Source of the DNA: a virus
Lineage: Duplodnaviria > Caudoviricetes
IMG/VR virus record: IMGVR_UViG_3300031992_000055
Coordinates: 29,683 to 93,682 of that record
Strand: one strand, 5' to 3'
DNA length: 64,000 nucleotides
The translations under genes were made by a program, and so were the position numbers. This document shows, piece by piece, positions 10,802-20,328 of this stretch. Below the pieces are notes generated by a model. The model saw only the letters and a program-made list of their open reading frames with translations, searched no databases and was not told the origin of the DNA. Every line of letters begins with the position of its first letter. Within the stretch, counting starts at the first letter, position 1.

Positions 10802-11269
10802 TTATTGAAAAATGTCATTAGAAAGAGGATCAATCTGTTTTTCCTCTTCTACTCTTTGGGCGTCATAGTCAAAGTCATTGCCAAATACTCCTTCTGTAGT
10901 AGGTACTTCGATAGGCTCTTCATTTTCTGTAGTTACTTCCTCTTCTTCAATAGCAACCACATACTGCTTCTTTGCCTCGTCATATCTTACAATGTCAGTA
11001 GGCAAGAATTTTGTTGACTTGATGGGTTTACCCTCAGCATTAGTTCCAGTAACCTCTACCACCTTCTTCACAAGGTCAGTCACATGGAATCCTGTCACCT
11101 CTACAATGCCCTTTTCTAAGGCAGCAATCATAGCCTGATAGTTCTTTCTCTCTTCTTCAAGGGCTTGTATCTTGTCCTCGATAGGCTTAAGTTTTTTGAC
11201 AATAGGATCAATTGCCTTTGCTACACTCCTCACACTCTGAAACTGTGTGTACGAAATTCTTTTTTCCAT
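10802..11269 (-). CDS. Hypothetical protein (coiled coil, acidic tail)
   Basis: In operon, with typical codon usage. Confidence 0.65.
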   Translation of the reverse strand: MEKRISYTQFQSVRSVAKAIDPIVKKLKPIEDKIQALEEERKNYQAMIAALEKGIVEVTGFHVTDLVKKVVEVTGTNAEGKPIKSTKFLPTDIVRYDEAKKQYVVAIEEEEVTTENEEPIEVPTTEGVFGNDFDYDAQRVEEEKQIDPLSNDIFQ

Positions 11270-11308
11270 TGTTTTTTGATTTTAGTTAATGATTATACTT
11301 ATGCAGTC

Positions 11309-12010
11309 TTACTGCATTTTATAATATTCTCGTATTCTATTATCTACAAGTTTAAGACTATTTGGAATCTCAAACTCTTTAAATAATCCAAGAGGTGTCT
11401 TAGCCGATGAATGATTTGCTCTTGTCTGGAAATAATATTTATTATCGCCATCATCTCCATACTCTACTCTTGTCATTAATACAATAGGGTAAAAACCTTC
11501 TGGCTGAGTTTTAGTTAGTTTCTTTCCAATCACTGAAAATACCATTTTCTCTGTTCCATCTTGCTGCGTTTGAAGCATAGTATGTCCAAAGATATAGACA
11601 ATCTGATCTTTTCTAAGAAAAGTATTACAAAGCATATTAAGTTCAATAACATCATTTGCAACATCTCTCCATTGATCAAATGACATCTTTTTTCTATCAT
11701 TGAATTCTTTCATTGCAAGATAGATATTTACAGTATCAATAGCTATCGACTTAATGCTTTCTTGTTTTGCACAATATTCAAGGGCCTTTCTAATGCCTTC
11801 AAAAGAGGCAGGCTCCATATAGTTTTTGTGCTCGGCATCCCACATTCCACCAGGAAATGGTAAAGTCTTCCTGTCAAGATTGATAATAAAATGTGATTCG
11901 GGGTCCATACCCTGATAGTTCTCAAGGTCAAATTTGCCGTCTGGATTAATAATAGTGGAAGTTGTTTTTCCATCTCCAGAGGCACCAAGGATTGCTACAA
12001 TAGTTGCCAT
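11309..12010 (-). CDS. AAA_24/Sak4-like P-loop ATPase (recombination)
   Basis: GASGDGKT Walker A, IAIDT Walker B, SAKTPLGLF. Confidence 0.8.
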   Translation of the reverse strand: MATIVAILGASGDGKTTSTIINPDGKFDLENYQGMDPESHFIINLDRKTLPFPGGMWDAEHKNYMEPASFEGIRKALEYCAKQESIKSIAIDTVNIYLAMKEFNDRKKMSFDQWRDVANDVIELNMLCNTFLRKDQIVYIFGHTMLQTQQDGTEKMVFSVIGKKLTKTQPEGFYPIVLMTRVEYGDDGDNKYYFQTRANHSSAKTPLGLFKEFEIPNSLKLVDNRIREYYKMQ

Positions 12011-12017
12011 TTATTTT

Positions 12018-12632
12018 CTATTTTTTATTATAATTTTTCATGTAAGTTTTCATGTAATCAGGATGTGCCTCTCTCCATTTTGCTGCTCTTATTCTTGCTT
12101 TTTCAAGAGTTACTGGATTTTTCTTTTGCTCTAATACTTTTTCTCTATTTTTTCTATAATAGTTTCTTGCTGCTTCTTTCTTTTTTTCTTTAAATTTTTC
12201 ATACTGTTCTTTATCATATTTATGATGAGACTCTCTGTATTTTTTGGATTGGGTAGTCCTATATTTAGCAGTTCTACTTTCCTTTCCAAAATTATGTCCA
12301 TCTCATCCTATTGTCATATTATATGAAATGCCTAAATTTCTATAGTGTCTAATTAAAGAAACTTCAAGATTCTTTGCTCTTTCTTCAGATAATTCAGAGA
12401 ATAGTATTTCGTGTTTAATATTATTCCATCCATACTTTTGAATAGCTCTGTAGAACACTGAGCATTTACTATAAAGAATACCATTTTTACCCCATCTTTT
12501 TTGTGGGTCTTTATAGTGTGTAATGTCTATATATACTTTCCCAGAAGGAGACGTATGTCTATACACACACCAACTGTCTATTGGAGTTAAACATTTTTCT
12601 GATTCCACTTCTGCTCTTTTTGGTGAACACAA
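12018..12632 (-). pseudogene. Decayed free-standing GIY-YIG homing endonuclease
   Basis: CVY...VYID (YIG changed to YID). YNMTIG*DG has a nonsense TGA at 12305-12303 in the usual GGDG motif. Frameshifts in the K/R-rich tail. Confidence 0.75.
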
Positions 12633-12673
12633 AATTACCTAGTGATAGGTCACCAGGCAATCATATTAAAAAA

Positions 12674-13786
12674 TTACTTAGTCATATTATCTTGAATTAG
12701 TTTATATACTTGTTTGAGTGCTATGTGGTCATTGCTTTTAGGTAAAGGAGCAAAGAAATTAGTTGCACCATCAAAATATAATGCTAATACACCATTACTT
12801 TCTCCTTCACGATTTAAAACTACCTCTAGGAATCGTGCATATCCTTTTAATTTTGTAATATCATACTTAAGATAATCAGGAATTTCAAAAGCATATGGAT
12901 TAGTAATTCCTAACATTACTGATGTAGCCTTTCCTGTGTCTTTAGAATCAGCTAATCCAGCTAATGTAGGTCTTATTTTATTTGCTTTAAAAGCATCTAA
13001 TCCAATAGTTTCAATATTCTGCTGTTGAACACAAATGGGAATATAGTTATAGTGATTTCTAAAGACCATCATATATTCAGTGAGTTTGTCTATACATTGT
13101 TTGAGGTTTAGGCCTCTTTCTAACTCACATAGGCTGATATGGTCATATATAGTTATCACATACTCATCTCTATCTTTTGGTTCATAGTAATCAAAGACTT
13201 CTTTTTCTTGTTTTACTCCTGTTTCTTTATTTTCTATGGTAATTGTTTTTCTATGAATAGTGCCTGCTTCTTCAGCATATCTTTTTACTGTCTTATAATA
13301 TCCTGTTGGATTTCTTTCAGTAATAAAATGCACATGTTCTTCATAAAAATCTAATATGCTCCTATATTCAAGACTATTAAGAACTTTAAGGATATCTGCA
13401 TCTATAACATTCTCTTTACTTATAGATTGCAATTTCATTGGGGATACTCTTATTTTTCTTCCCGAAAGGACATAGAGAAGATGACACATAAATCTTATGG
13501 TTATCTTCTCTGGTGTCTCTTCAAGAGGGAAATAGAATATTTGAACTCTTAGTTTGTCTTGATGATAATAAGCATATAAAATGGGAGTATAAAGAAATAG
13601 GTAACTTGTTATTTGTGATTTACCACTCTTACTTGCTCCACTAACAAGATACATTTTTCCCTGTTCAATGCCAGGGAAATCATTTCTAAAGCCTTTAAAC
13701 GGTGAAGGTATGCAATTTATATCTCCTCTAAGAACTCTTTGTCTTCTTTCTTCAAGATTATTTAAAATTCTTGTTATCAGACTCAT
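12674..13786 (-). CDS. dnaB: DnaB-like (SF4) replicative helicase
   Basis: GASKSGKS Walker A, FPLEET, IYDHISL, VQQQN, LADSK, LNREG. Confidence 0.85.
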   Translation of the reverse strand: MSLITRILNNLEERRQRVLRGDINCIPSPFKGFRNDFPGIEQGKMYLVSGASKSGKSQITSYLFLYTPILYAYYHQDKLRVQIFYFPLEETPEKITIRFMCHLLYVLSGRKIRVSPMKLQSISKENVIDADILKVLNSLEYRSILDFYEEHVHFITERNPTGYYKTVKRYAEEAGTIHRKTITIENKETGVKQEKEVFDYYEPKDRDEYVITIYDHISLCELERGLNLKQCIDKLTEYMMVFRNHYNYIPICVQQQNIETIGLDAFKANKIRPTLAGLADSKDTGKATSVMLGITNPYAFEIPDYLKYDITKLKGYARFLEVVLNREGESNGVLALYFDGATNFFAPLPKSNDHIALKQVYKLIQDNMTK

Positions 13787-14225
13787 ATATCAACTTATTA
13801 AGATGTTCTGCTTCATCTTGTAAAAGATGCTCATATTTCCATCTTGCTTTTAGTAGGCAGTTTCCCCTTCCTGCTCCTGCTCTTAAATAGGGTCTTCCAG
13901 TTAAAAGAATAGCATATTTTGCTATGGTTTTGTCTATGGCTTTTGCAATTATAGAATATAACTTCATTTTTGCTTTAGATTCTGCTATTCTTTCTCCTAA
14001 AATAGAGTCAAACACATCATCTTCATGACACTTTGCTTTTCCTGACACTGTAAGTGTGGATGTCATTGGATCAAAATTGTCTTCTGGTATATGAGATATT
14101 AAATCCCATTTGCACCACAAATCTGTTGCTCCTCCTACTAATTCTGCCTTTAGAGTAACAATAGTTACCCGATTATTAAAAGAGTAAACTGTTTTATAAT
14201 CTTTGTCAAAACTAAGTTTAATCAT
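13758..14225 (-). CDS. Hypothetical phage protein
   Basis: Contains the common phage motif GKAKCHEDDVFD...GERIA. Confidence 0.6.
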   Translation of the reverse strand: MIKLSFDKDYKTVYSFNNRVTIVTLKAELVGGATDLWCKWDLISHIPEDNFDPMTSTLTVSGKAKCHEDDVFDSILGERIAESKAKMKLYSIIAKAIDKTIAKYAILLTGRPYLRAGAGRGNCLLKARWKYEHLLQDEAEHLNKLIYESDNKNFK

Positions 14226-14228
14226 ATT

Positions 14229-14849
14229 TTAATTTTTAGAATTCATTATCCAATCTTCGTTTTCTATATTGCCTTCATCTTTATTTTCTAAGAAGGTAGC
14301 AAGATCTGAGACTTGTTCTACTTTGTTTACTATTTCCCCATTCTCATCTTGAACTTGTTTAATAGCATCTTTAAGGATAAAGTATTTGGCTAATCTCATA
14401 TCTTTGTATCTTCCAAAGAAAGAGGCAACGTATCTCTTAGTAGCATCTATAATTTCTGCATCTGTAAAATTTCCATATATAAGAAAGAATTTCTTTAGTT
14501 TACTAACAATTTCTTTTGTATTACTTCTGTAATAATACGGAGAACCTAATCTTTGCTGTTTGCCTGCAGGAAAACACTCTCTTATTTTTTCTGCAAGTTT
14601 AAGAAGTCTTTCTTCACTATGGCCATTAGAAGAATCACAGATAACCTCTTCTATTATATTATCCCATGGCTGTCTGACATAGTAGTCATTTACACTTTCA
14701 TCATAGAATAATATTTTTCTATCTTCTAATTTTTTAATAATCGCATTATAAGAGGTATCTTGATTGAGTTTTACTGCCAATATACAGGCAGCCTCTTCTA
14801 TTGTTAAACTGTATTTTTTACATGCTTCTTCAATAATTGATATTTTCAT
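14229..14849 (-). CDS. Hypothetical replication-module protein
   Basis: Lies between the SF2 and DnaB helicases, with overlapping start/stop. Confidence 0.6.
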   Translation of the reverse strand: MKISIIEEACKKYSLTIEEAACILAVKLNQDTSYNAIIKKLEDRKILFYDESVNDYYVRQPWDNIIEEVICDSSNGHSEERLLKLAEKIRECFPAGKQQRLGSPYYYRSNTKEIVSKLKKFFLIYGNFTDAEIIDATKRYVASFFGRYKDMRLAKYFILKDAIKQVQDENGEIVNKVEQVSDLATFLENKDEGNIENEDWIMNSKN

Positions 14850-16042
14850 AATTCTTTCATCGAATGAATAATTCTTATAAATTCTCTATTATAATTAGCA
14901 AACATCTTCTGCACAATCTCCTCTTCTCTAGTACCTGTGTAATAAGGTACGATAATAACAGGTTTCTTATGTCTCATTGCTCTACCCAAGCGTTGAGGAA
15001 TAATTACTTCTGAAGAAGAAAGATTAGCAAAGATAGCATATCTGCAATCTACTAAGTTGGCATTCTCGTTAAGGATATTTACTGCGGTAATATGATGTAT
15101 CTTCTTTTGATTAAATCTTTCATATATATCCGTAGCATTTTTCTTTTTTGAATGAATGCAATTTCTTCCTAATTCTTCTGATTGTTTTATAGTCTTGCAG
15201 AATGTAATAGTGCGAGAATTCCTAAGTTTCCTAAGTAGCAGTTTTACTATTTGGAGTTTGCAATCAGCAAGAAATTCAAGTCTTTTACCACAAAGGTAAA
15301 GCCAAGATTGTTCTTTTTGTTTGCTTCTTGTTCTCATATATAAATCTTTCATCCAAGATATTTGAGAATTTAACTCATTCATTTTTTGTTGCTGAGTGCA
15401 ACGAATAATGACCCTTATAGTTTTATTTTTCTTCCATTTCCATATATCCTTAAAAGGAGCTTCAATGGTTGGAGATGCTATTTTAGGATTAAGAACTATT
15501 GTTTCAGAAATTTTTGTAGTTTCGAGAGATAGAGGCCAGAGAATGATTTCTGGCTCAGGTAGAATATCATCCTCAATGGCCTCTGTAATATCACAAGAAA
15601 CTATGGCTGCTTTATACTTGTACTTAAAGAGCTGTTTGAGATCTCTGGGAATAGTAGCACTGAGACCAAGCATATAGGAAAATTTGATAGTGGACAAAAG
15701 TTCTTTTCTGATATCACTTTTTATGTGATGAACTTCATCCATGACAATAAAATCAAATGCTTCTTTTGTATGCTTTTTGAGAGATTCATAACATTCAATG
15801 ACTACATTGTCTACTTTTATTCCTCCCCATTTCTCAAATTCATCTTTCCAAGTAGTTTTATGTACATTCTTGGCTACAAGAAGAAGCATAGTTGTAGGTT
15901 TGCCTTCATACTTCTGAACTAAAGTATTAATAAGGTCAATTGCTATCTTACTCTTGCCTAGACCTGTTGCAGCCTCAAGCAAAAGACAATTACTATTGCC
16001 TAACTTCTGTAGACAAGACTCATATACTTCTTCTCTTGTCAT
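14846..16042 (-). CDS. Superfamily 2 (DExH) helicase
   Basis: AATGLGKS, DEVHH, LSAT, QRLGRAMR. Confidence 0.9.
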   Translation of the reverse strand: MTREEVYESCLQKLGNSNCLLLEAATGLGKSKIAIDLINTLVQKYEGKPTTMLLLVAKNVHKTTWKDEFEKWGGIKVDNVVIECYESLKKHTKEAFDFIVMDEVHHIKSDIRKELLSTIKFSYMLGLSATIPRDLKQLFKYKYKAAIVSCDITEAIEDDILPEPEIILWPLSLETTKISETIVLNPKIASPTIEAPFKDIWKWKKNKTIRVIIRCTQQQKMNELNSQISWMKDLYMRTRSKQKEQSWLYLCGKRLEFLADCKLQIVKLLLRKLRNSRTITFCKTIKQSEELGRNCIHSKKKNATDIYERFNQKKIHHITAVNILNENANLVDCRYAIFANLSSSEVIIPQRLGRAMRHKKPVIIVPYYTGTREEEIVQKMFANYNREFIRIIHSMKEL

Positions 16043-16053
16043 TGTTTACAGTT

Positions 16054-16314
16054 TTAATTATACCATGTGTCATGATCTAAAGAGGACCTTCTCATGAGTT
16101 CTTCATCAGCAATCATATCTTTGAAGTCCTCTTCAGCTATAGAGTCAAAGAACTCATCTTCTACAATCTGCATTTCTTCTTTATGAGTTCTATCTATAAG
16201 TTCGTTGATTTCATGAATACACTCTTCAAGCACCTCTCTTTGAGAGGGCTCATATAAATTTTCTCTTTCTCTCCACTGGGAGATGAGAGTCTGCATATCA
16301 TTTTCCCAAATCAT
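16054..16314 (-). CDS. Hypothetical acidic protein
   Basis: In operon, ATGA overlap. Confidence 0.6.
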   Translation of the reverse strand: MIWENDMQTLISQWRERENLYEPSQREVLEECIHEINELIDRTHKEEMQIVEDEFFDSIAEEDFKDMIADEELMRRSSLDHDTWYN

Positions 16315-16628
16315 AAGAACAAGGTTTTAAGTATTTTAAGAATTCTCTCCCACATTCCATTAGAGGCTTTTACACCAGCACCATTTTTACGGTTCTTGGT
16401 AGCATAGTTCTCTGTGATGTAGGAACCAATCCATACATCGTCTTTCTTAGATAGGACAGTATACCAGTGTGCTTGTACACCACTTACACTTCTGCCTATT
16501 TGTTCTGCTACAAGCATGAAGCAATGGTGGTTTCCTTTGTGTCCATACACCCTGAGAGTGTCAAGAAGGACTTTATCTTCTGCGTCAGTCCATCTTTTAA
16601 TCTGCTTTTTTGTTTTTGCTTTTTTCAT
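16311..16628 (-). CDS. Myb/SANT-like HTH DNA-binding protein
   Basis: RWTDAEDKVLL...VAEQIGRSVSGVQAHW. Confidence 0.65.
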   Translation of the reverse strand: MKKAKTKKQIKRWTDAEDKVLLDTLRVYGHKGNHHCFMLVAEQIGRSVSGVQAHWYTVLSKKDDVWIGSYITENYATKNRKNGAGVKASNGMWERILKILKTLFL

Positions 16629-16945
16629 TGTTTAAAAGATTAAATAATTAATTATGAATATATATAAAGCGTGAATTGTCAACAAATAAAAAAGCTCTCT
16701 CTTGTTTCACAACAAAAGAGAGTAGATTTCAAAATAAATTAACTCAAAATTTTATCTAAGCTCTCTTTTCACAAAGAAAACATAGATAAGGTCTTATAAA
16801 TCCGAAGTTGCATGAAAACAAAACAAATCTAACGAACTAAAAATCTTAAGGATTTATTAAGAACCTCTACCTATTAAAATAAGCAATTAAAATAATAATA
16901 ATGGCTTGTGGGCCTTGTAGGGTTTGAACCTACGACCTTCAGATT

Positions 16946-17448
16946 CCTGCCACACTATGTTACCATAGCCAAATTTAGGAAAGAAATACTACTTACCCTC
17001 CATAATAGTAAGCTGGATTAGTTTCAGTAATCTTCTTCATCATTTGTTGTGGTCTGGACTGTCTCTTTACCATATTGAAATTCTTGCAAGTAATCTATTT
17101 TAACGTAGAAGGGAATTTGCAAACCCTCATCTCTGTACGTTACAGTGTTTTTTCTTTATTCAAACTACTACGCTTATTATTAGACAATTTCAACTTAGGT
17201 ATTCACCCGTTCAGTCTCTACACGTTTGTAAGGAATATCATCCAGGTATAGGGCAATTTCAACCTACAGAGTATTCAATATATTATCTGATTCCTTATTT
17301 TCGCTCGGTATTGTCCTTACACATTATTGATTAGTGTTGTTATAAACATCATAACGGTACCTGTAATGATGTAACAACATAAAAAGGATTTCCACCGAAT
17401 TTGGGTGATTCTACATAGGGATTTCTCGCCTATGCACACAATTTTACT
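16946..17448 (-). mobile_element. Group I intron (IC3-like, ORF-less, 503 nt) immediately 3' of the CAU anticodon
   Basis: IGS AUUGUG pairs with CAU (P1) and AAU (P10). P AAATTCGGTGGAA, Q AATACCGAGC, R GTAGAGACTGA, S AAGAGACAGTCC; terminal G. Confidence 0.9.
17101..17174 (-). ncRNA. tRNA-like cloverleaf nested in intron P8
   Basis: AGCGTAG/CTACGTT acceptor, TA, GTTT/AAAC D stem, CTGTA/TACAG stem, AGAT variable loop, GAGGG/CCCTT T stem; loops non-canonical. Confidence 0.65.
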
Positions 17449-17594
17449 ATGAGTCTGCTGCTCTAACCTACTGAGCTAAAGGCCCTTAATATGTATATAA
17501 AGTTACTAATTCTTTAAATGGCGGAGTCTACCAATCTCACGACTAATAGACTCCTAGCTATCAAATCCAAATCAAATACACAATAAACATTTAG

Positions 17595-17668
<74 letters not shown>

Positions 17669-17986
17669 AAGAGAGGGGGAGCTGGCAAAGGTACACAACA
17701 TTTTATGAAAATCCAAAACAACTATGAGTACTCCCCCTCCTATTATTAGAAGAGGTCTAAAAGACCTCTATCTCCATCTCCACAGCATGTTGCTATTATG
17801 CATAATGCTAATATAAGTGCAAAGAAAGTGTATAATATTATTTCTTCCAAATTATTTTTTAATTTCTTTCTCATCCTTATTATTTTTGTAATATTTCTCA
17901 TAACTTTCAAAATTAACTTTTCCATGTGAATAAGTACATCTTGCAATAAGATTACAGTTACTTTTATCTAGATATTTATACATAGG

Positions 17987-18190
17987 TCAGTCTTTTTTGA
18001 TGTTTGTCCATGCACTTATATGTAAAGCACTTTTATTTTCTTGTTCTCTCAGATATCTATTTTGAATCTCCTCCATTACTGGATTCAACTCAGTGATGTA
18101 CTGTACAAAGACTCTGCCTTGTTTTGTTAGCTCACTTTGAATGTCTTTAATAGCACATTCTTGGGCTTGTTTTTGTTCGATTGTTAGCAT
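17987..18190 (-). CDS. Small hypothetical early protein
   Basis: ATG with an A-rich leader. Confidence 0.5.
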   Translation of the reverse strand: MLTIEQKQAQECAIKDIQSELTKQGRVFVQYITELNPVMEEIQNRYLREQENKSALHISAWTNIKKD

Positions 18191-18300
18191 AATTATAAAT
18201 GTTTAAGGTTAGGTTAAGTCAGGGATTAATGTACAAAAAGGGAAGGACAGTAAGTACTGTCACTTCCCATCATTGTACTAACCCCTTAAACAATGATAAC

Positions 18301-18386
18301 TGGTACCTCCAATGGGATTCGAACCCACACACCCAAATGGGCAAGGGATTTTAAGTCCCTAGTGTCTACCATTCCACCATGGAGGC
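18301..18386 (-). tRNA. tRNA-Leu(UAA)
   Basis: Cloverleaf with long variable arm, anticodon loop CTTAAAA, encoded CCA. Confidence 0.95.
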
Positions 18387-18804
18387 AACTTTTTTAGTAT
18401 TAATCTAAAGTCCAAGAATCTAATCCTATAGGAATATTTTCAACTTCAATAAGCTGAGGCGTCATAACAGTAATTTGAACTTGTATAGTTCTATCTGTTG
18501 GAAGGCTTCCTTTGATAATATTCTTAGAAATCTTAAGATTAACTATTTGTTGTGTGTATATCATTTCTGTAATAAAAGAAGTAATAGGAGTTTGGCGAAT
18601 CTTCTTATTAGAAGCTCTTTTAAAGAGTTTCTTTATTCCTGCTTTATGTTCTGCGCATCTCTTATCTCATTTTTTGTTTTTCTTGTTGTCTTTCGTTGTT
18701 CTGCTCATCTTTATAGGAATTACATAATTTTATTGAGCTTACCATGATGCCACAGTACTTTTGTACTGGGCAACCATGGCAATTTTTATAAACATCTAAA
18801 TATT

Positions 18805-19059
18805 TCATATTTTTGTTGTAAAACCTCTTCTTTTTAGTTCTGCACAAAGATATGGAAGAAAGGCTTTTCTTATACCTAATCTTTTAATCATTTTTACACA
18901 ATTTAGAATATGCCATAAAGACATGTCTTTATAGAGGATTAGTTCACCCTCTTTGGTTGTCCACCCTAAATGTCTATTGTTATACGCTTCTTCTATCTCT
19001 GTAAGGATGCTGTCCTCATCTATCATGAAAGGAGCTATCCAATCGTCATAGTATGCCAT
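18805..19059 (-). CDS. Small hypothetical phage protein
   Basis: WTTKEG...KDMS..HI.NC motif common in phage early genes. Confidence 0.6.
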   Translation of the reverse strand: MAYYDDWIAPFMIDEDSILTEIEEAYNNRHLGWTTKEGELILYKDMSLWHILNCVKMIKRLGIRKAFLPYLCAELKRRGFTTKI

Positions 19060-19082
19060 TAGTTTATTGTATATAATCTGTA

Positions 19083-19422
19083 AAAGTAGAGTAGAGGAAG
19101 GAGCAATAGTCAGTCAGACTATATTGATTGATGGAATTAAAGGAATGTAATTAACTATTGAAGTAAGTCTAACTTACGGCATCCTTCCTCTATTACACAG
19201 CCACTATGGTGGGTGGAATTTGTTCTGTGTCTCTACTATGAAAACTACCCTGAATTATGCACCCTTTATAGAGTGTGACGCCAACAGGGTTTAGTGAAAA
19301 TGGAGTCTTCGCGGCCCTACTAAAATGGGTAAGCAACTCCGCTCTTCTTACGTCAATTAAAGGCAAGGAGTAGACACTGCGGCGCTACAGCAGGCAGTGT
19401 AAGTCCTACTCTTCTTACCTTG
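19083..19422 (-). ncRNA. Candidate large structured ncRNA (~340 nt)
   Basis: Many nested stems, more GC-rich than flanks, G-U pairs mostly favour the minus strand, ends in a U tract. Confidence 0.6.
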
Positions 19423-19423
19423 A

Positions 19424-19831
19424 TTATTTCAGCCCAAATTGGATGGAATCCTTGTACTCTTCAGAGGGTTCTTTCTCAGTGCCATACACTGAGAACCAGT
19501 CCTCCAATAGGGGAGTTGAGTAATGATAGAAATCTTCCCAATCTCCATTGAGAAGTGAGTCTATTTTCGCATATTCTTTAGTTGGAACAAAATCAGTAAA
19601 CCAACTTTCATGGTCATCGTTACTGTAAAATCTGTGTAGCCCTTCAAAGAGTGCTATTATCAGTTCTCTTTGTTGAATAAGGGTTTCTTCTTTATTTTCA
19701 AAATGAGGATACCAAATAGATTTTGTTCCGTCTTGCCGACAATCTGCAGCCATATATATTTCTTGTCCTCCTAAGTTGTAGGAGAGCATAGATACTATGA
19801 TTAATATGGTTGTGTAAAGTAATTTTTTCAT
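19424..19831 (-). CDS. Hypothetical protein with N-terminal signal/anchor
   Basis: MKKLLYTTILIIVSMLSY hydrophobic N-terminus. Confidence 0.6.
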   Translation of the reverse strand: MKKLLYTTILIIVSMLSYNLGGQEIYMAADCRQDGTKSIWYPHFENKEETLIQQRELIIALFEGLHRFYSNDDHESWFTDFVPTKEYAKIDSLLNGDWEDFYHYSTPLLEDWFSVYGTEKEPSEEYKDSIQFGLK

Positions 19832-19980
19832 AATGATTTGGATTTAGAATAAATAAGAAAAGGCCTCTCATGTCTTCTTCTCCTACCAGTTAGCTATCTA
19901 ATTTCAGCCTGTCGTAGAGAATCAAGTGACATTTGAGGCCTTTGAGAATTTAATTTAGATAAGGAGAGCAAATAGCCCTC

Positions 19981-20328
19981 CTATATGGCGATGCCTTCAT
20001 GGTCATAGTCCCAATTGGCATAAGTATTACGATGGGTATCAAGTACTTTGTATCCTCTATTGTCGTAATTGAGGTCTCTGATTGTGAAGGATTTGTGGAT
20101 GTATTTTCCCACCATTTGTATATCTGCATGTAGCTTTCCTACTCCAATCTTCTCAGTGTACTTAGATGCAAGATGCTTGTAGCGTGAGGCTTCTTCTCTT
20201 GCGTATGCAAGAGCTTCTTCAAAGGAAGGAAACAGTACTGCGCTTGCTGAGATTGCATTTGTTTGGCTAACTAAGTCGGAGTGTATGACTATGAAAGCCT
20301 CTTTTTTGGATTTTTCAAGATTAATCAT
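19981..20328 (-). CDS. Hypothetical early protein
   Basis: ATG with an A-rich leader. Confidence 0.6.
   Translation of the reverse strand: MINLEKSKKEAFIVIHSDLVSQTNAISASAVLFPSFEEALAYAREEASRYKHLASKYTEKIGVGKLHADIQMVGKYIHKSFTIRDLNYDNRGYKVLDTHRNTYANWDYDHEGIAI

Larger units (their letters stand above)
16909..17485 (-). tRNA. tRNA with CAU anticodon (probably Ile2), split by a group I intron; exons 17485-17449 and 16945-16909
   Basis: Spliced sequence GGGCCTTTAGCTCAGTAGGTTAGAGCAGCAGACTCAT|AATCTGAAGGTCGTAGGTTCAAACCCTACAAGGCCCA. Perfect acceptor stem; C4/C5 fit Ile2 (TilS) identity. Confidence 0.9.
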
